Source: the human T2T-CHM13v2.0 reference genome, Homo sapiens. From it: DNA of 64,000 nucleotides. Position 1 is the first letter of the stretch. The number at the start of each line of letters is the position of its first letter. Under the pieces are notes generated by a model, which saw nothing but the letters and a program-made list of their open reading frames with translations, ran no database searches and was not told the DNA's origin. The stretch lies in the NCBI RefSeq assembly GCF_009914755.1, contig NC_060939.1. One strand, 5' to 3'. Below are positions 17,970 to 33,273 of the stretch, piece after piece. The position numbers and the translations under genes are program-made.

Positions 17970-18628
17970 AAGTCATGCTTAATTAACAATGGGGATAGGT
18001 TCTGAGAAATGCATCATGAGGTGATTTCATCATCATGCAAACTTCATAGGGTATACATGCACAAACCTAAATGGTCTAGTCTACTATACACCTAGCCTAT
18101 ATAGTGTGGCCTATTGTTCCTAGGCTACAGACCTGTACAGTATGCTACTGTATTGAATATTGTAGGCAATTATAACATAATGGTAAGTATTCGTGTATCT
18201 AAACATAAATAAGGTACACTAAAAATACAGTATTAGGCCTTGGTGCAGTGACTTATACCTATAATCCCAGTGCTTTGGGAGGCAAGGCAGGAGGATCTTT
18301 TGAGGCCAGGAATTTGAGACCAGCCTGGGAAACATAGTGAAACTCCATCTCTGCAAAAATATTTTTAAAAATTAGCTGAGTATGGTGGCTTGCACCTGTA
18401 ATCCTAGCTACTTATTGAGAGGTAAGGTGGGCAGATAGCTGTAGCCCAGGAGTTGGAGGCTGCAGCGAGCTATGATCGCATCACTGCATTCCAGCCTGAG
18501 TAACAGAGTGAGATCTTGTCTCTAAAAACAAACAAGCAGCAAAGAAACAAAAACAGTATTAAAATCTCATGGGACCACTATTGCATATGTGGCCCGTTAT
18601 TAACCAAAATGTTGTTTTGTCATGATTG
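17970..18628 (+). mobile_element. Tigger3/MER7-type DNA transposon interrupted by an AluJ (18236-18553, +)
   Basis: agtcatgc...ttctgagaaatgcatc...cctaggctacagacctgtacag...catgattg; TA flanks. Confidence 0.8.
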
Positions 18629-21600
18629 TATTTGGAGTAAAAGGAGTGGTTAAGGAATAGTCTACTCAGCTCATCCCCATGTACCATTTCTGAGTAGTAG
18701 GCCTTATTCCAAGCTTGGGGGCACCCTTTATAGTCAATCATATTTCTCTGTCTTCTCAGTATCTCTTCCACATGTACTCGCAGTCCATAATGACTCTGTC
18801 AGTGCAGAAGCAGAAGGAGATGCCCTTGGATCTCTTCCGTCCCATCTCTTGCTGTCAGCCCTTTTACCCCTCATCTTTTTCCTGGGCCCTGGCCCTGGCT
18901 ATGCATTGTCAGTCTGTGGATTAGCCCTTTGGAGTGGGTTTTCCTGTTTTGTCCAGACCCGTTGCTGGAGACAGGGTAAAGGGAGCCTCAGATCCGGCTG
19001 GTGGGATGGAAAAAGGCCATTATGGTCATCTGGTCTCCAGGTGGATTACCTAAAATATATCAGATATCTTGTGCTGTTGGCATATCTCCTGTGTTTTATT
19101 ATCCTGAGGAGTGTCTGTCTTCTTCTAAGACTTGGGTAATATTATGAGCATCTTGTTCAATTATCTTAGCCTGGAGGGGGTGGGCTCTAGGAAGAAAATG
19201 GAGGAGGGAAAAAAATTACAAAAATATTTTTTAAATTTAAGCAAATAATGTTGGATGTATCAATTAGAATTTTATGATCCCTAATTCTTTGTTTTTAAAG
19301 GTACACAAATAAATAAATAAAAGTGCAAAGGAGCTGAATGAAGTTATGTTATAGCTCTTGCCTTTTTTCATTCTATCTGGGCGGCCTCATTAATTTGGTA
19401 TAAACCCTCTGTATGCCACGATTTGCTTAATAGTTTCCTATGGTGCACCAAGTTCTATAAAATCAATTTTTAGGCAGCAAAGTGGAAATAAGACACTTCA
19501 AAGAGATACATCTGATATATTGGATATAAATTCTAGGAATTTGTTAAATATGTACTAGAGACATGAAAATAAAGTTGAAGTACCCTTAGAAGGATTGGCT
19601 AAAAAATAGTTACTAATATGATCAAAAGTAGAGGAATCAGAAAGACATCAAAACTTACCCCAAATCTCCAAAAGCGTGGGTTGTGCCCTGAACAAGATGC
19701 CTACTCAAGGAAGCACACTTAGACTTCACTCCCTAGGTTAAATGCCTGTGGGAATCTCATGTCACATGTGAACTAGAATAGATCATACAACTGTAAATTT
19801 TAGAAAAATGTGTCGTTAAGGGAATCGATGCTTTGGCTTTTATGCAAACAGCTTCTTCAGGGCCCTCCAGCAAGTCGGGACCGAGATTGGGTGGCACCTG
19901 GTACTTCTCTCCTACACACTTTATCTGGGTCTTGTGAAGAACAGAAAAACAAGAGCTGGACCTTGGACTCTGAGACTGCATAGCCAAAGTACCCAGTTTA
20001 GAGAGTTAAGAAATTTCAGGTATTCAGGGAAACTCGAGTGTTTCAGTCCATTCAACCAAATTATTTGCAAGAGCCTGAACATCCAAACTTCCAGAACCAC
20101 TTAAAATTAGACCCCATATTGGGAAATCAAGAAAATGTAAGACAGAAATCAAAGGGTCAAGATTGTATAAAAGATAAACTCACAAATCCCAGGAGACAAC
20201 CCTACCAATGTCCTTCAAAGGTAGAGAAGAGTCTCAAATTATTTTCCTGAAACTGAAGAACTTGGAAAATGAGTTGGGGCCAGGTCTGGAACATCCAGCA
20301 TTTGCTACCTTAGGGCGGGCATGCTCCCCTCCTGGGGGGATGTGTGAGGGCCACACTTTCCTGGAAGTGAGCTGCAGAGAGAAGAGGAGATGGGGGTCCT
20401 TTTCCCCACAATCAGAAGGAAGTATGAGAGGAAAACGCAGGTTCCCAGGATCACATTCAAGTGGAGATGAGGGGGCTGGAGGGAACTAACACCAGCTGGA
20501 CACAATTTTCTATATAGAAATCAGGTGAGGTCATCCCACAAGTGTCAGTCGGGGGAAGGGCAAAAGCAGAATGGAAAACAGGAGAGGACGGGTTGTTTTT
20601 GAAGTTTTGAGCCTTAAATGTATTGCACGGGGGTGGCCAGGATTAGGTGATTGGTGATTTGTTTTGTTTTTAAACAGAAGTGATGGACCTGCAAAGGAGA
20701 AAATTCAGGGCATTTGTGCATTGTCATTGATTTAAGCATTATTATTTAATTCCTCTTTTAAAACTTTCTGCTAGATGTAGTCAAAAGCTATGAACTTAAT
20801 GTAGTTTCTTCATGCATATAGAAAAGTGCACATATTTTAAGACTAGGACTCAATGGACTCACAGAATTAACCCTCGTGTGCACACAGACTGAGAATTCAA
20901 ATATTAGCGGCACCCATGGCTTCATCGTGACCCGTTCCTGTCAGGACTGCCTCTCCTAAGGGTAAACAGTATCCTGATTTCTAACAGCTTACATCAGTTT
21001 TGCCCAAAACGAAATGAACTTTGAAGTCAGTCCCTTCCTGCTCTGCAAACCCATGGGTAAGATTTTTAAGTCATTCAGTGGCTTCTCAAAAATTGTTTTG
21101 TGTGTGGGCAGTTTGTCAGGTTCTGTACTAGTTTCGTGGGCGGGGGGGGGGGTGTGTGTACAGAAGCGGGCAAGGTAAACTTTGTCTTCCAGAAGCTTGA
21201 CCAAAATGAGCTGGCAGAGCACGAGGAGGCTGGGTGCGGAGTGTGTGCGTCGGCACCCTGAAAGTCCTCCATCACTTCAGCTGCACTGGCTCTCCTTCCC
21301 CAGAGGGAGTGGGCAGGAAAGGGTCAGGAGTCAGGCAAAGCCACAAGGATGGAACAGTGCCAGTGAGTCTAACACAGGCTTACTAAGCCAAATTTTCCAG
21401 CTCAGGGTCTGGTAGTGAGGAGAATAAAGCCATCCGTCACTACAGTGAAATAAAGATCACATTAAGGCACAAAGTAATCCAGTCTCCAAATACACACCAT
21501 GTAATACTAAATGAATAGTCTTGCATTTCTCTGGTCAGGGAAAAGCACTTGAAGGAGTCAGAGGCAGGGACTCACTAGACTCCAGCCACTTCTCTAGACT

Positions 21601-22404
21601 CCTGCTTTTCCTAAGACCACATGGGACACTTTATGGAAAGCTGCCCATGTGTTTCAAATGTGAGCTTCTATAGAATAAAAACCTTCATCTCTACTGACTT
21701 GGCTCCCAGCACAAGGCCAGACACTCTTAGGTGCTTAATAAATGTGTGTCAAATAAATGAAGCAATGAATGAAACCTAGTGTGCTTTAGAGCAAGGAATA
21801 GTCAAGTGCACCCAGGTCCTGGTTCTCTCCAGGCCAATGTGCGGGCTTCTGTAGCCACAGCCTGTGAGGCGAGTCAATCACATTTTGTTGCGTAACACTT
21901 CATCTTTCCGAGCTCTGTCTCCTCATCCCTGACTTGGTCACGCATATCTCAAAGAGTGGCCATGAGAGTGCACCGTGGGCCTGGCACGTTCTGTGCACAC
22001 TGTGAATTCTTTCCCCTCGCATATCCAGGGGCCTCCTATGGCCTGGGCTGTGGAAGGTGGCTGCAGGCCACTAGTTCTGTGCTTCATGGGTTGGGGCATA
22101 TTCTATTCCTTGGACAAAATCTGGCAAAATCAGGCTCAGAACTTTATACCCACCAGGGCCAAAGTGATGATGATATCAGCCTCTAAAGTTTACCAGCAGA
22201 GATGCTAACCCAGAAGAGAAAAAATGCCATCCCCATGGCCAAGGGAAAGACATAGCTGGTACTCAGCTATTTTCCATCCAGTCAATTTATCGAACTCAGG
22301 AGCTGTTGGCTGTGCATGTTCACTATTCATGTAACGAAGGTGTGTTAAGTAGAAAAACTGCATCCTGGGTCTCTGTGAGACTGATGGGGACTTGTCACCT
22401 ACAG

Positions 22405-22575
22405 CCTTGCTACTAACTGTGGTCCCAGACCAGCAACACTGTCATCACCTTGGAGCTTGGTAGAAATGCAGAGGCTCAGGCCTTGGGCCCTCGTGCAGAC
22501 CCAGGGAAACAGAACCTGCATTCTAACCGGTGCCCCAGGGGATCCACGTGCACATTAAAGATTGTAAAGCACTGC
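22405..22575. mobile_element. MER5A (hAT-Charlie)
   Basis: tgtggtcccagaccagca...agaaatgcag...acctgcattctaac...aagcactg. Confidence 0.8.
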
Positions 22576-23916
22576 TTTAGAGAGCGATGGAATCACCCTG
22601 GACAGTGTGCATTTTAAAGCTCCGCTGTTTTACTTTCAGGTCCCTCACTGCCCCCTATAGACCGTAATCCTAACAGTAATAGACTAACTAAAATACAAAT
22701 CAACTCAGGGATAGACACTGTCTAAACTTTTCTTGTATGATTAGAGGCACACATAACACAAGGGGGAGATTCCTGAAATACCAGATGCTAAGTACATTGC
22801 TGCTACATTTGCAAATGCAGCAGCATCTTACACTAAAAGGGAACCACAATTTCTTTTCACAAGGACAACTGAAAAGAGAAATATAAAGTCAATCTGGGGA
22901 TTTATTTTTTTTCTATGACTCATAGAAAAATGGGTAGAAAAAGCACACTTTTTAGTGGCCCAGCAAGCATTTTGGCCTTAAAATTAAATGTGTCATTCTT
23001 TCTGGATTTTCTTAGAATAATTTAGTAAAATACAATTCTGTAACTATTGCCTCTGAGTCTTGATGACTGGTGTCTTCAATGCATTCATTTAGCATATTTT
23101 GTAAAAAGAATTTGACATTTTTTCTCAAAGGGGAATGGGGACAATGGGCACAGTTAAAGCATTAGTACCAGTTGGTGACTGGAGTAGACAGGTAGAGGAG
23201 TTTAAGCAAGCTTAGACCGGTGGGATCTAGGGCAACAATCTCCCATGGCCAATGAAGGCCAGAGATTTCTATGTAACCCTGACCAGTGACCAGGAAAGGA
23301 TCAAGCCATAGGTAATAATGCTACTAATTAAACGTCTCGTGCATTTAACAGCGCTTCCTTAGGTCCTACAACACCTGTGAGGACATTGTTATCAATCTCA
23401 TAGTGCTCTTAAGGGGCCAGGGCTCCCACAAGATCAGGGACAAGGCCACATTAGATGGGAACTTCCTATCTTTTGTGACAGCTGCTGTGGACACCTGGCC
23501 AGATGTCCCCACGAGAAGACCCTATTTCCTGTGCTCCCTCCGCTGCTGACCATCACGGCAGGATTCCCAGCTGTTAGTGCAACCTCTGGCTGCAGAGAAA
23601 ACACACCGTTCCTTGGAGGTCAGTACTAGCAGGACCACTGCTCACTTCCCCCTGAATGCACAACATGACAATGACCTCTCACATTTTCTTGGCCCTTAAC
23701 ACCACCTACTTTTACCACTACTCCTCTTTAATCATCACCCCCAACTTCATGTTAAATCTGATACATTATTTTAGGTGCTTGTCTGCTCTATTCATGGTTA
23801 TTTATTTATTCATTAACTGAATATTTATGTTTTTTGAGCCGCTCTAGGACTCCAGCTATTCTCTGGTATTGGGAGGTTGCAGTAAATAAAGCAGATTAAT
23901 TCTCTTGCCCTTCTAA

Positions 23917-24114
23917 AGCTGCGTTGTCCAACACAGTAGCACTAGCCACGTGTGGCTATTTAATTTTAATTAATTAAAATTAAATTCAAAATGAAAGCAT
24001 CCATTGTCAACTTTTCAGTGATTGATAGCCACAGTTGGGTAGTGGTTGCCAATATTGGACAGCACAGATAGAGAACATGTCCATCATCATAGAAAGTTCA
24101 ACTGGGCAGTGCTG
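23917..24114. mobile_element. MER3 (hAT) within an L2 remnant
   Basis: gtccaa...actagccacgtgtggctatt...tattggacagcaca...agaaagttc. Confidence 0.75.
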
Positions 24115-24287
24115 CTTAATAGTGCTTTCACTCACTCTGGTAGTGGGAGATAAATGACAATCTAAAACATATATATGTATGTGTATATATATACATATAT
24201 ACTAAAATATCAGGTAGATAAAGTGCCATGGAAGGGAATAAAGTGAGTAGAGGGAATAGATAGAAAATGATGGCATTGTGTGCTTTT

Positions 24288-24447
24288 TGTTGTTTTTGTT
24301 GATTTTTAGAGACAGAGTCTCTCTCCGTTGCCCAGGCTGGAGTGCAATCATAGCTCACTCCTGCCTTGAACTCCCGGGCTCAAGTGATCCTCCTGCCTTG
24401 GCCTCCCAAAGTGCTGGGATTACAGGTGTGAGCCACTTCGCCCAGCC
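24288..24447 (-). mobile_element. FLAM/Alu monomer
   Basis: Single-arm Alu. Confidence 0.85.
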
Positions 24448-24771
24448 GGGGACTGCTATTGTAACCATTGACTCTAGTGGTCACTTCCTTTTTCTCCGAA
24501 TTCCTCCTCTGGTAGCATGATACCATTTTCTATGTGTTCTTCTACCTATATGGCTGATGCCATAGGGATGGGACAGCTCTTCTTGAGATTCTTCCAGTAA
24601 GAACTGAAAATTTCTGTGGCAACATTTTTGCATGCCACACCATTAAAATGAGCTGTTGTGTCAAGACTCAAGATGCTAGTGTGCTTTTTTAAAAGTTAGA
24701 AGTAAACGACATGAAACTAACCACTATAGACTCACAGTTCAGAAAGGCTTACCTCTGTCGCTTCTCAACAC

Positions 24772-24789
24772 CACCACAAGGTGGCAGCA
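24772..24789 (+). promoter_or_regulatory. Candidate CTCF site
   Basis: CACCACAAGGTGGCAGCA fits the core CCASYAGRKGGCRS with one mismatch, in non-repeat DNA. Confidence 0.6.
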
Positions 24790-25098
24790 GGGGTTTATGA
24801 ACGCCATCTGCGTCGCTCGGCTAATTCCTCATCCCCAACACAAACTTTTATGCATCTCTTTAGTAGAAGTGAAAAATAAATCCTCCAGGGTAAAATATGG
24901 AAATGTAAAATGGCACCTATGTAATTAACAAAGGCTAATTGGAATTACAGCATGGCCCAGAATTCTAACTGAATGTTTGTTGATAGGTTCCGGAAAAGCA
25001 GAGTCAAGCATTGTAGATAACTATGACATGCATTAATTCCCTTTTGCCTTTACTATTGAGATGCATAGCAGTTGTGCAGTGTGCTCTTTACCCCATCC

Positions 25099-25734
25099 TT
25101 TTTTTTTTTTTTTTTTTTTTTGAGACAGAGTCTCGCTCTGTCACCCAGGCTGGAGTGCAGTGGTGCCATCTCGGCTCACTGCAACCTCTGCCCTGGGTTC
25201 AAGTGATTCTCGTGCCTCAGCCTCCCAAGAAGCTAGGTTTACAGGCAAGTGCCACCACACCCACACACCCAACTAATTGTGTGTGTGTGTGTTTTTTTTT
25301 GAGACGGAGTCTCGCTCTGTCGCCCAGGCTGGAGTGCAGTGGCGCGATCTCGGCTCACTGCAAGCTCCGCCTCCCAGGTTCACGCCATTCTCCTCAAGGC
25401 TGAGGGTTCACACCTCAGCCTCCCAAGTAGCTGGGACTACAGGCGTTCGCCAACACTCCTGGCTAATTTTTGTATTTTTAGTAGAGACGGGGTTTCACCT
25501 TGTTAGCCAGGATGGTCTCAATCTCCTGACCTCGTGAATCGCCTGCCTCGGCCTCCCAAAGTGCTGGGTTGCAGGCGTGAGCCACCGCGCCCGGCCTCAT
25601 CCAAGTAATTATATTTTTTAGTAGAGACAGCGTTTCTCTATTTGGCCAGGGTGGTCTCGAACTCCTGGCCTCAAGTGGCCTGCCTCGGCCTCCCAAAGTG
25701 TTGGGACTACAGGCGGGAGCCGCTATGCCCGGCC
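25099..25734 (-). mobile_element. Nested Alus: AluY-like (~25293-25596) inserted in the linker of an older Alu
   Basis: Right arm, full Alu, left arm; outer TSD CCATCCT. Confidence 0.9.
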
Positions 25735-26397
25735 CCATCCTCATTTTTAAACAAATAAAAATACTTCAGATTTTTCCTCTACATTTTAAAATGAAAAGTC
25801 TTTCTGGCCTTTTCTTAACTGTCAATTGATTTTCCCTCAGCTTCTTGTAAAACAATAAGCAAAGAAAATCTGTACGTTTGTTCCCAGTTGTGATCTTGTG
25901 AGTTCAAGGCAAATTGCCATGTTCAACATCTGGGATTCATCATGTCTGCTGTTACCTCATCGGTGGGCACACATCTTTCCCAGATGTGGAAAAAAAAAAC
26001 AAAAAAACACCTATGAAGTTACAAGGAAAGCAAAAACAGTATCTGTGCTTTCAGCTTTCTGCTGCAGCCAGGTATGTGAGGGAATTCAACTGAGAGAAAT
26101 AATGCTTCTAGATCTGGTTTATCTAAATACTTGGCACACTGCACAACTGCTATGCAGTTAGTGGGCCAAAGCCCCACCCTTTCATGCACAAGTAACCCAG
26201 GAGGCCTCCTAAGAAGAAAGTTTGGGTAAGAGATTTTTTTTTTTCAGGAAAAAAAGAGAGAGAGAAAGCTAGACGTAGAGAGGTCATGGTTAAGCTAACA
26301 TTTTAAGGTTAATAGAAGGCATCAGTATTTGAACTTGGCTCTCCGAGGTCTGCCAGGCACTGCAATCTGGAGCGTGTATTAGGCTACAGGTTGATGA

Positions 26398-26725
<328 letters not shown>

Positions 26726-27862
26726 AGTGAATTTTTTAATGACATTAAATTCAATTCAAGGCAAGTGGAAGACACAAATCCCATATCCATGTTTCTTTGC
26801 CTCCTTTCTCCTCCTCCCGCCTTTTTTTTTTTTTTTTTTTTTTTTTACAAGATGCTTCTCTAATGACTGTGTATCATGGGAGCAATGAAAACTGCATTTT
26901 ACATACATATATATAGTATTTAGAATTGTTCAAATTCTTTGATGCACTAATTTTACATCTCAGAGTGGAGTCCATCCTAAGGAAAGTCCATTCCTAAATA
27001 TAGAAAGAAAACTTTAATATGGAAAAAGATGTTTAATGTGGCATTATTTAAATCAGGAAAAATATGGGGGGTGGGAACCTTTACATGTGTATTAATGGAA
27101 AATAATCAAATATAATTTGATATATCTACAATGGTTTAAGTTGTCATTAAAATGTTGTGTGTGAAGACTAGACAATATAGGAAATGCTCAGTTAACTAAG
27201 AGAACAAAGAAAATACAGTATGCATAGTCATGTCACTGTTATGCTTAAATTTTACAGGAAAAATACTCTACAAGAAAAATATACCAAAATATTAAGAGTG
27301 ATTGTTTCAAATATGATTCCAAAGGTAGTTTTTCCATCCTTTTATTTTTTGATGATTTCCAAATTTCCTCTAAATGTTATTGTATAATAGAAAATATATA
27401 CTTATGAAAATATTTTGAATTTCAAACAGTTTCACAATTCTTTTATCTCAAAACTTGTTTTTAAATTCTCGTCACTCCATCTTTGCCCCCGTGTCTTAAA
27501 ACCAACACTCTGCACCCTAGTCTCCCCCTGGTTCATTTGCTGTTTCAGAAAAAAGGTACTGGGCCCATTCTGGTCTCTGCCTGAGGGTTCTCATATGGAG
27601 CAGGAGGTGGTCTGAGTAGAAGGAGGTGATGAGGTGGCCCTAGTGGATGTGCTCTGACCATGGCTCATTCTAGTCATGCCGTGGCTTCCATAAAGTGTTT
27701 AATTATTGATGCTGATAGAGAATATAAATTCAAATATATTTTAGGTCAGTGGTAATCACTCATTGAGTAAAAATTAGATGAATAATTTCCAAAAGCAAAG
27801 AGGAAGAAAAAGCAAAGAAAATCTGAGTAATAGATAGATAATAATGATAGAAGAAAGAACTA

Positions 27863-28206
<344 letters not shown>

Positions 28207-28583
28207 GGAACTATGTAGAAGAAAAATAATAACATACCACACAATGACAATTTTTCTTTTTGTAATAAATATAAATGCTTAAATCTCTCTAGGAAACGGC
28301 AAAGACATATTTTGGTCCAGAAACAAAATTAAATTTTACTCTGTTTATAGCAGCACGTGTCTACAACAAAATGAAAGGCCAAAAGACCAATTAAGACATA
28401 AGAAGCACATATACACAAAAAGTAAGGATACAAATATGGGTATGTGGCAAAGTAAAATAGAAGGCAAAAAGCTGTAAGTAGGACAAAATATGTTTTTTTC
28501 TACAGATAAAAGAAAAAATCGACAAGGAAGATATGACAATAATAAATACCTATAAACAGAATACCATAGCACTGAAATGTTTA

Positions 28584-29018
<435 letters not shown>

Positions 29019-29227
29019 TTATGAGATATATGATGGGATATTTTGAACATTAATAAGCATGCTTCCCTCCCCTTCTAACCCCTACCCAGAATTCTTCTGC
29101 CCCCCGACAATGCCCCCCAGATAGATATGAGTCACTTGCTACAGAACCAGACACAAGGAATGCAAATACTCATTAGACTCAAAAGCTGGCCTGGAGGTGA
29201 GTCAAAGGCCACAAGAAAAAGAGCATA

Positions 29228-29510
29228 GGCCAGGAGCAGTGGTTCACGCCTGTAATCCCAGCACTTTGGGAAGCTGAGGTGGGCTGATTGCCTCAGCTCC
29301 GGAAAACCCCGTCTCTACTAAAATACAAAAAAAAAATTAGCTGGGCATGGTGGTGCATGCCTGTAGTCTCAGCTACTTGGGAGGCTGAGGCAGGAGAATC
29401 ACCTGAACCCAGGAGGTGGAGGTTGCAGTGAGCCAAGTTTGTGCCACCTCATTCCAGCCTGGGCGACAGAGCGAGACTCCATCTCCAAAAAAAAGAAAAG
29501 AAAAAAAGAA
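29228..29510 (+). mobile_element. Alu with internal deletion
   Basis: TSD AAAAGAGCATA. Confidence 0.92.
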
Positions 29511-30092
29511 AAAGAGCATAAGAGAACACTGAAACCTCTGCCAGAACATGGGCCATCTGGCAGAGTGCCAGAGACAACCACAGTGTCCCTCTTGTCATTG
29601 ACTTGTGAAGACCACCAAATGCCCAAAAATCCTTCAGTTCAGAGGGATGTGTGTCAGTGCCTCAGGACACTTCCCAGTCCCCATCAATTTCATTCCATAT
29701 GTAGACAAATCTGTCAAACAGTCCAGGACACTTGTATACACTTGTACCCCCCTTCCCTAAACAGAGGAGCTGTGGGCCCTTAGTGATTGAAGGGTGATGG
29801 TGACGTGAAGGGGAAAGCCTTGAGCTGGCCAAGGGGGCTCTAGCTAGCATGAGTTGGAAATCTTCCTCTGAGCTAGAAGCTGTGTAGAATACACACTCTT
29901 GTTACAGATGAACTAAAAAACTGTACATTAGAAACACAAAATGAACAGTATTTCAAACCTCTATGATATGTGTTTACAATGAAACATGACAGGCTATGTT
30001 TAAAAAAAACCTTTCAAGACATGTTATTTGACGATAGTATCACAAGTCTAGAATTTAACATAGAATAAATTTTAAAAAATCAAACCACCTAG

Positions 30093-30575
<483 letters not shown>

Positions 30576-30802
30576 TAGAAAAGCTTTTTAAAAAATTATC
30601 CTGAATAACATTTGGATCAAAGAGGAACTCAAAACTGTAATGACAAGTTTTATTTAGAAAATAGGAGATCCATATCATTCATGAAAACAAGGTATGAAAC
30701 CAAAGCCATACTCAGGAGGAAAATTTATAGTTTTATAAAAATAAATAAAAGACATGAGATTAAGGATACCCAAATACACTTTAATGGGCATTTGTTGTTG
30801 CT

Positions 30803-30922
30803 TATATATATTATTTTTATATATATTCTCTAATATATATTATATATTCTCTAACATGGTATATATTAAAGAATGTATATATTATATATATATAATATAT
30901 GATATAATATATATATATATAA
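30803..30922. repeat. AT-rich low-complexity / degenerate (TA)n
   Basis: Direct reading. Confidence 0.85.
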
Positions 30923-33164
30923 AATTTGGCTGCCTAACCTCTGAAGCTTCCTCCTATAGTAGGGAAATCTGCCATGGAGTGAATCCACCAATCAGATGCT
31001 GCCCTTGCTACTATGCAGCTGGAGTGACTGCCTGAAAGGGCAGCCTTCATTCTGGTAGCCATGGCCAGGGCTCAGTGGCAGAGCCAGCATATCCCAATCA
31101 AGCTGTTCCTGGACACCCTGTGGATCTCAGTGCTCAGATTCCTAATTCCTGCTCATCCCCTCCACCTTGTTCCCTACACCCCTCCTGTGAATCTCCAGGC
31201 TGCCTGACATCCTTCTCCAATACATATTTTCCAGCTTATGTTAGCTAGAGTCAGTTTCTATTGTTAAAACCCTCAAACTCTCACTAGTCTTCTGAACAAA
31301 AGTGAAGGAAGGAATGTGTAAGAATAATGAAAGAAAAATCAATGAGAGAGAAAAATCTGTAGCAATGATGAGTACCTTCAAAAATATTTTGAAAGACCAA
31401 TAAAATCAGCAAACCTCCAATAAATCTATTCACTGAAAAAATTAAGACAAATCACAAAAACTTTTACAAAGGAGAAAATGTATATGAAAGATTCTGAAGT
31501 TTAAAAAGTATGATCTTCAACTCTATACTTGATTAATGAAGGAGATAAATTACCAAAATCAACTGAAGTGAGAAACTTGAATGTACTAACGACTGTGGAG
31601 GAAATGCCAATAAACTGTTTGAAAAAAAAGCACCCCCCTCCTCCCAAAGGGCACAGAGCCGGATTGGTCTAGGGGGAGGTACCATAGAACCGGTGCTATT
31701 TAAACCTCTCTGGAGCATGGAGAAAGAGGAAGCTGAGCAGCCCTGAATAGCCTAGGACAAGAGAGACCTGCCAATCCTGGACTCCAGCTGCAGCTGGCTC
31801 TCTGCCTTATGTAGTGGTTGGCCTGCGGTGAAGCCCACTGTTGAGAGGCATTTGGACTGTTGTATGGACAGGTCATCTTGCTACGCCATTCTGACCCAGC
31901 TGTCACCACCCTCACACTTTTTAGTTATCTATCAGTGGCTGGTGTCAGGCAGGTAAGCCCACAACACTCACCCAAGTCATGCTCATTAACCCTCTGACTG
32001 GCTGCCCTTATCCCACGATCTCCACTAAGTTCAAGCATTTTTTCCCCAGTATCAGAGGAGGAACACTGTTTATTCCAGTCTACATGCTTCAAGTAGAAGT
32101 GAGGAAACCAAGGCCCAGAGAGGTGTGTACTTACTTGCCCAGTCCTCACTAGGATGAAGTCAGGGTTAGGACTAGCCCCGACTGGGCGCTGGGAGCTAAC
32201 AGCTAGGGGAGGAACTGCATGACTTTTGTCCTGGAGAAATGTTATGGCAGGTGGACACCAGGGCACAGGCATATACCCGAAGTGTCCAGGGCAGACAGGG
32301 ACTGCTCGTCACCCCAGATGGGACCTGCTAAGGGCCCAAAAAGAGACTGAAGGTGGGAAATGTTTTTGTTTTTCAGTGTGAAGCGTTGCCAAACATATAT
32401 TCTAGGTTTGGGAATCCTCGGGACCTTTGGAAGCCAGATTCAGCGAAGATGCTGTACCTTTTGGGGATAGCTCTAACACGAGGTTAACGCAATGCTCCAT
32501 GTCCCTGGCTGGGCTTAGCTGTGAGTGCGTCGACCTCTGGACTCTGTGCAAATGGACACTCTGTAACTGACACAGCTGGTAGGGGTTACCGAGAGAGCTG
32601 GGTTCCTGGTCTGGTGGACTCCGCCGGATATGCAACGAGCTCTTTATGGCACCTTGGAGATGGTTGCTTTTAGTGCAGTTGACAGCGGGCTCAGAGCACC
32701 AAGTGAGCTAGCACCGTATTTATTAGTAAATTACTCCATAACTCTAGGGCTCCCAGAAGACCAAAATCATTTGAGCAGATTGCACCCAGAGCACCGCGTG
32801 GAGAGAGAAGAAAGCCCGCCACCCACAGACCGCTTCCTCCTACCACAGGTCCCCCATCGAGTTGCATTTGTTGTCCCTCCCTAGGCGCATTTCTGAGCCT
32901 TCCTTTCTTAAACATACACCGAGCGAAAATGCGCCGGAGGGAGGCGATGTTGCCTGTGAGCCAAAGCCGGTTCGGCACCAAGACAGAAGCAGAGAGAACT
33001 GATCTCTCTCCCGGTACCCATGACAATCTCAGAGCTAGATCTATATCGTCCCGCGCCCAGCAAGAAGCACTGTGTGACTGTACTCCCCCGACCCCCAGGA
33101 CATCCCCACGCCCAGCTTCCCAGGCCGGTCTTCTGCGCGGCTCAAGTAGCCCAGGTCTCCACGC

Positions 33165-33273
33165 AACAATGAAGCGTGGGCGGCCCCAGCAGCTTCATTT
33201 GCATATCGCCGCGGCTTGGCCAATGGGCTGCGCAGGGGCTTTGGAACGCAGTGTTGCCATCGGCGTGCGCGCG
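33165..33273 (+). promoter_or_regulatory. Proximal promoter motif cluster: SOX (AACAATG 33165), octamer (ATTTGCAT 33197-33204), CCAAT (33220-33224), RFX half-site (GTTGCCAT 33253-33260), NRF1-like GCGTGCGCGCG
   Basis: Exact motif strings read from the sequence. Binding is inferred, not shown. Confidence 0.55.
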
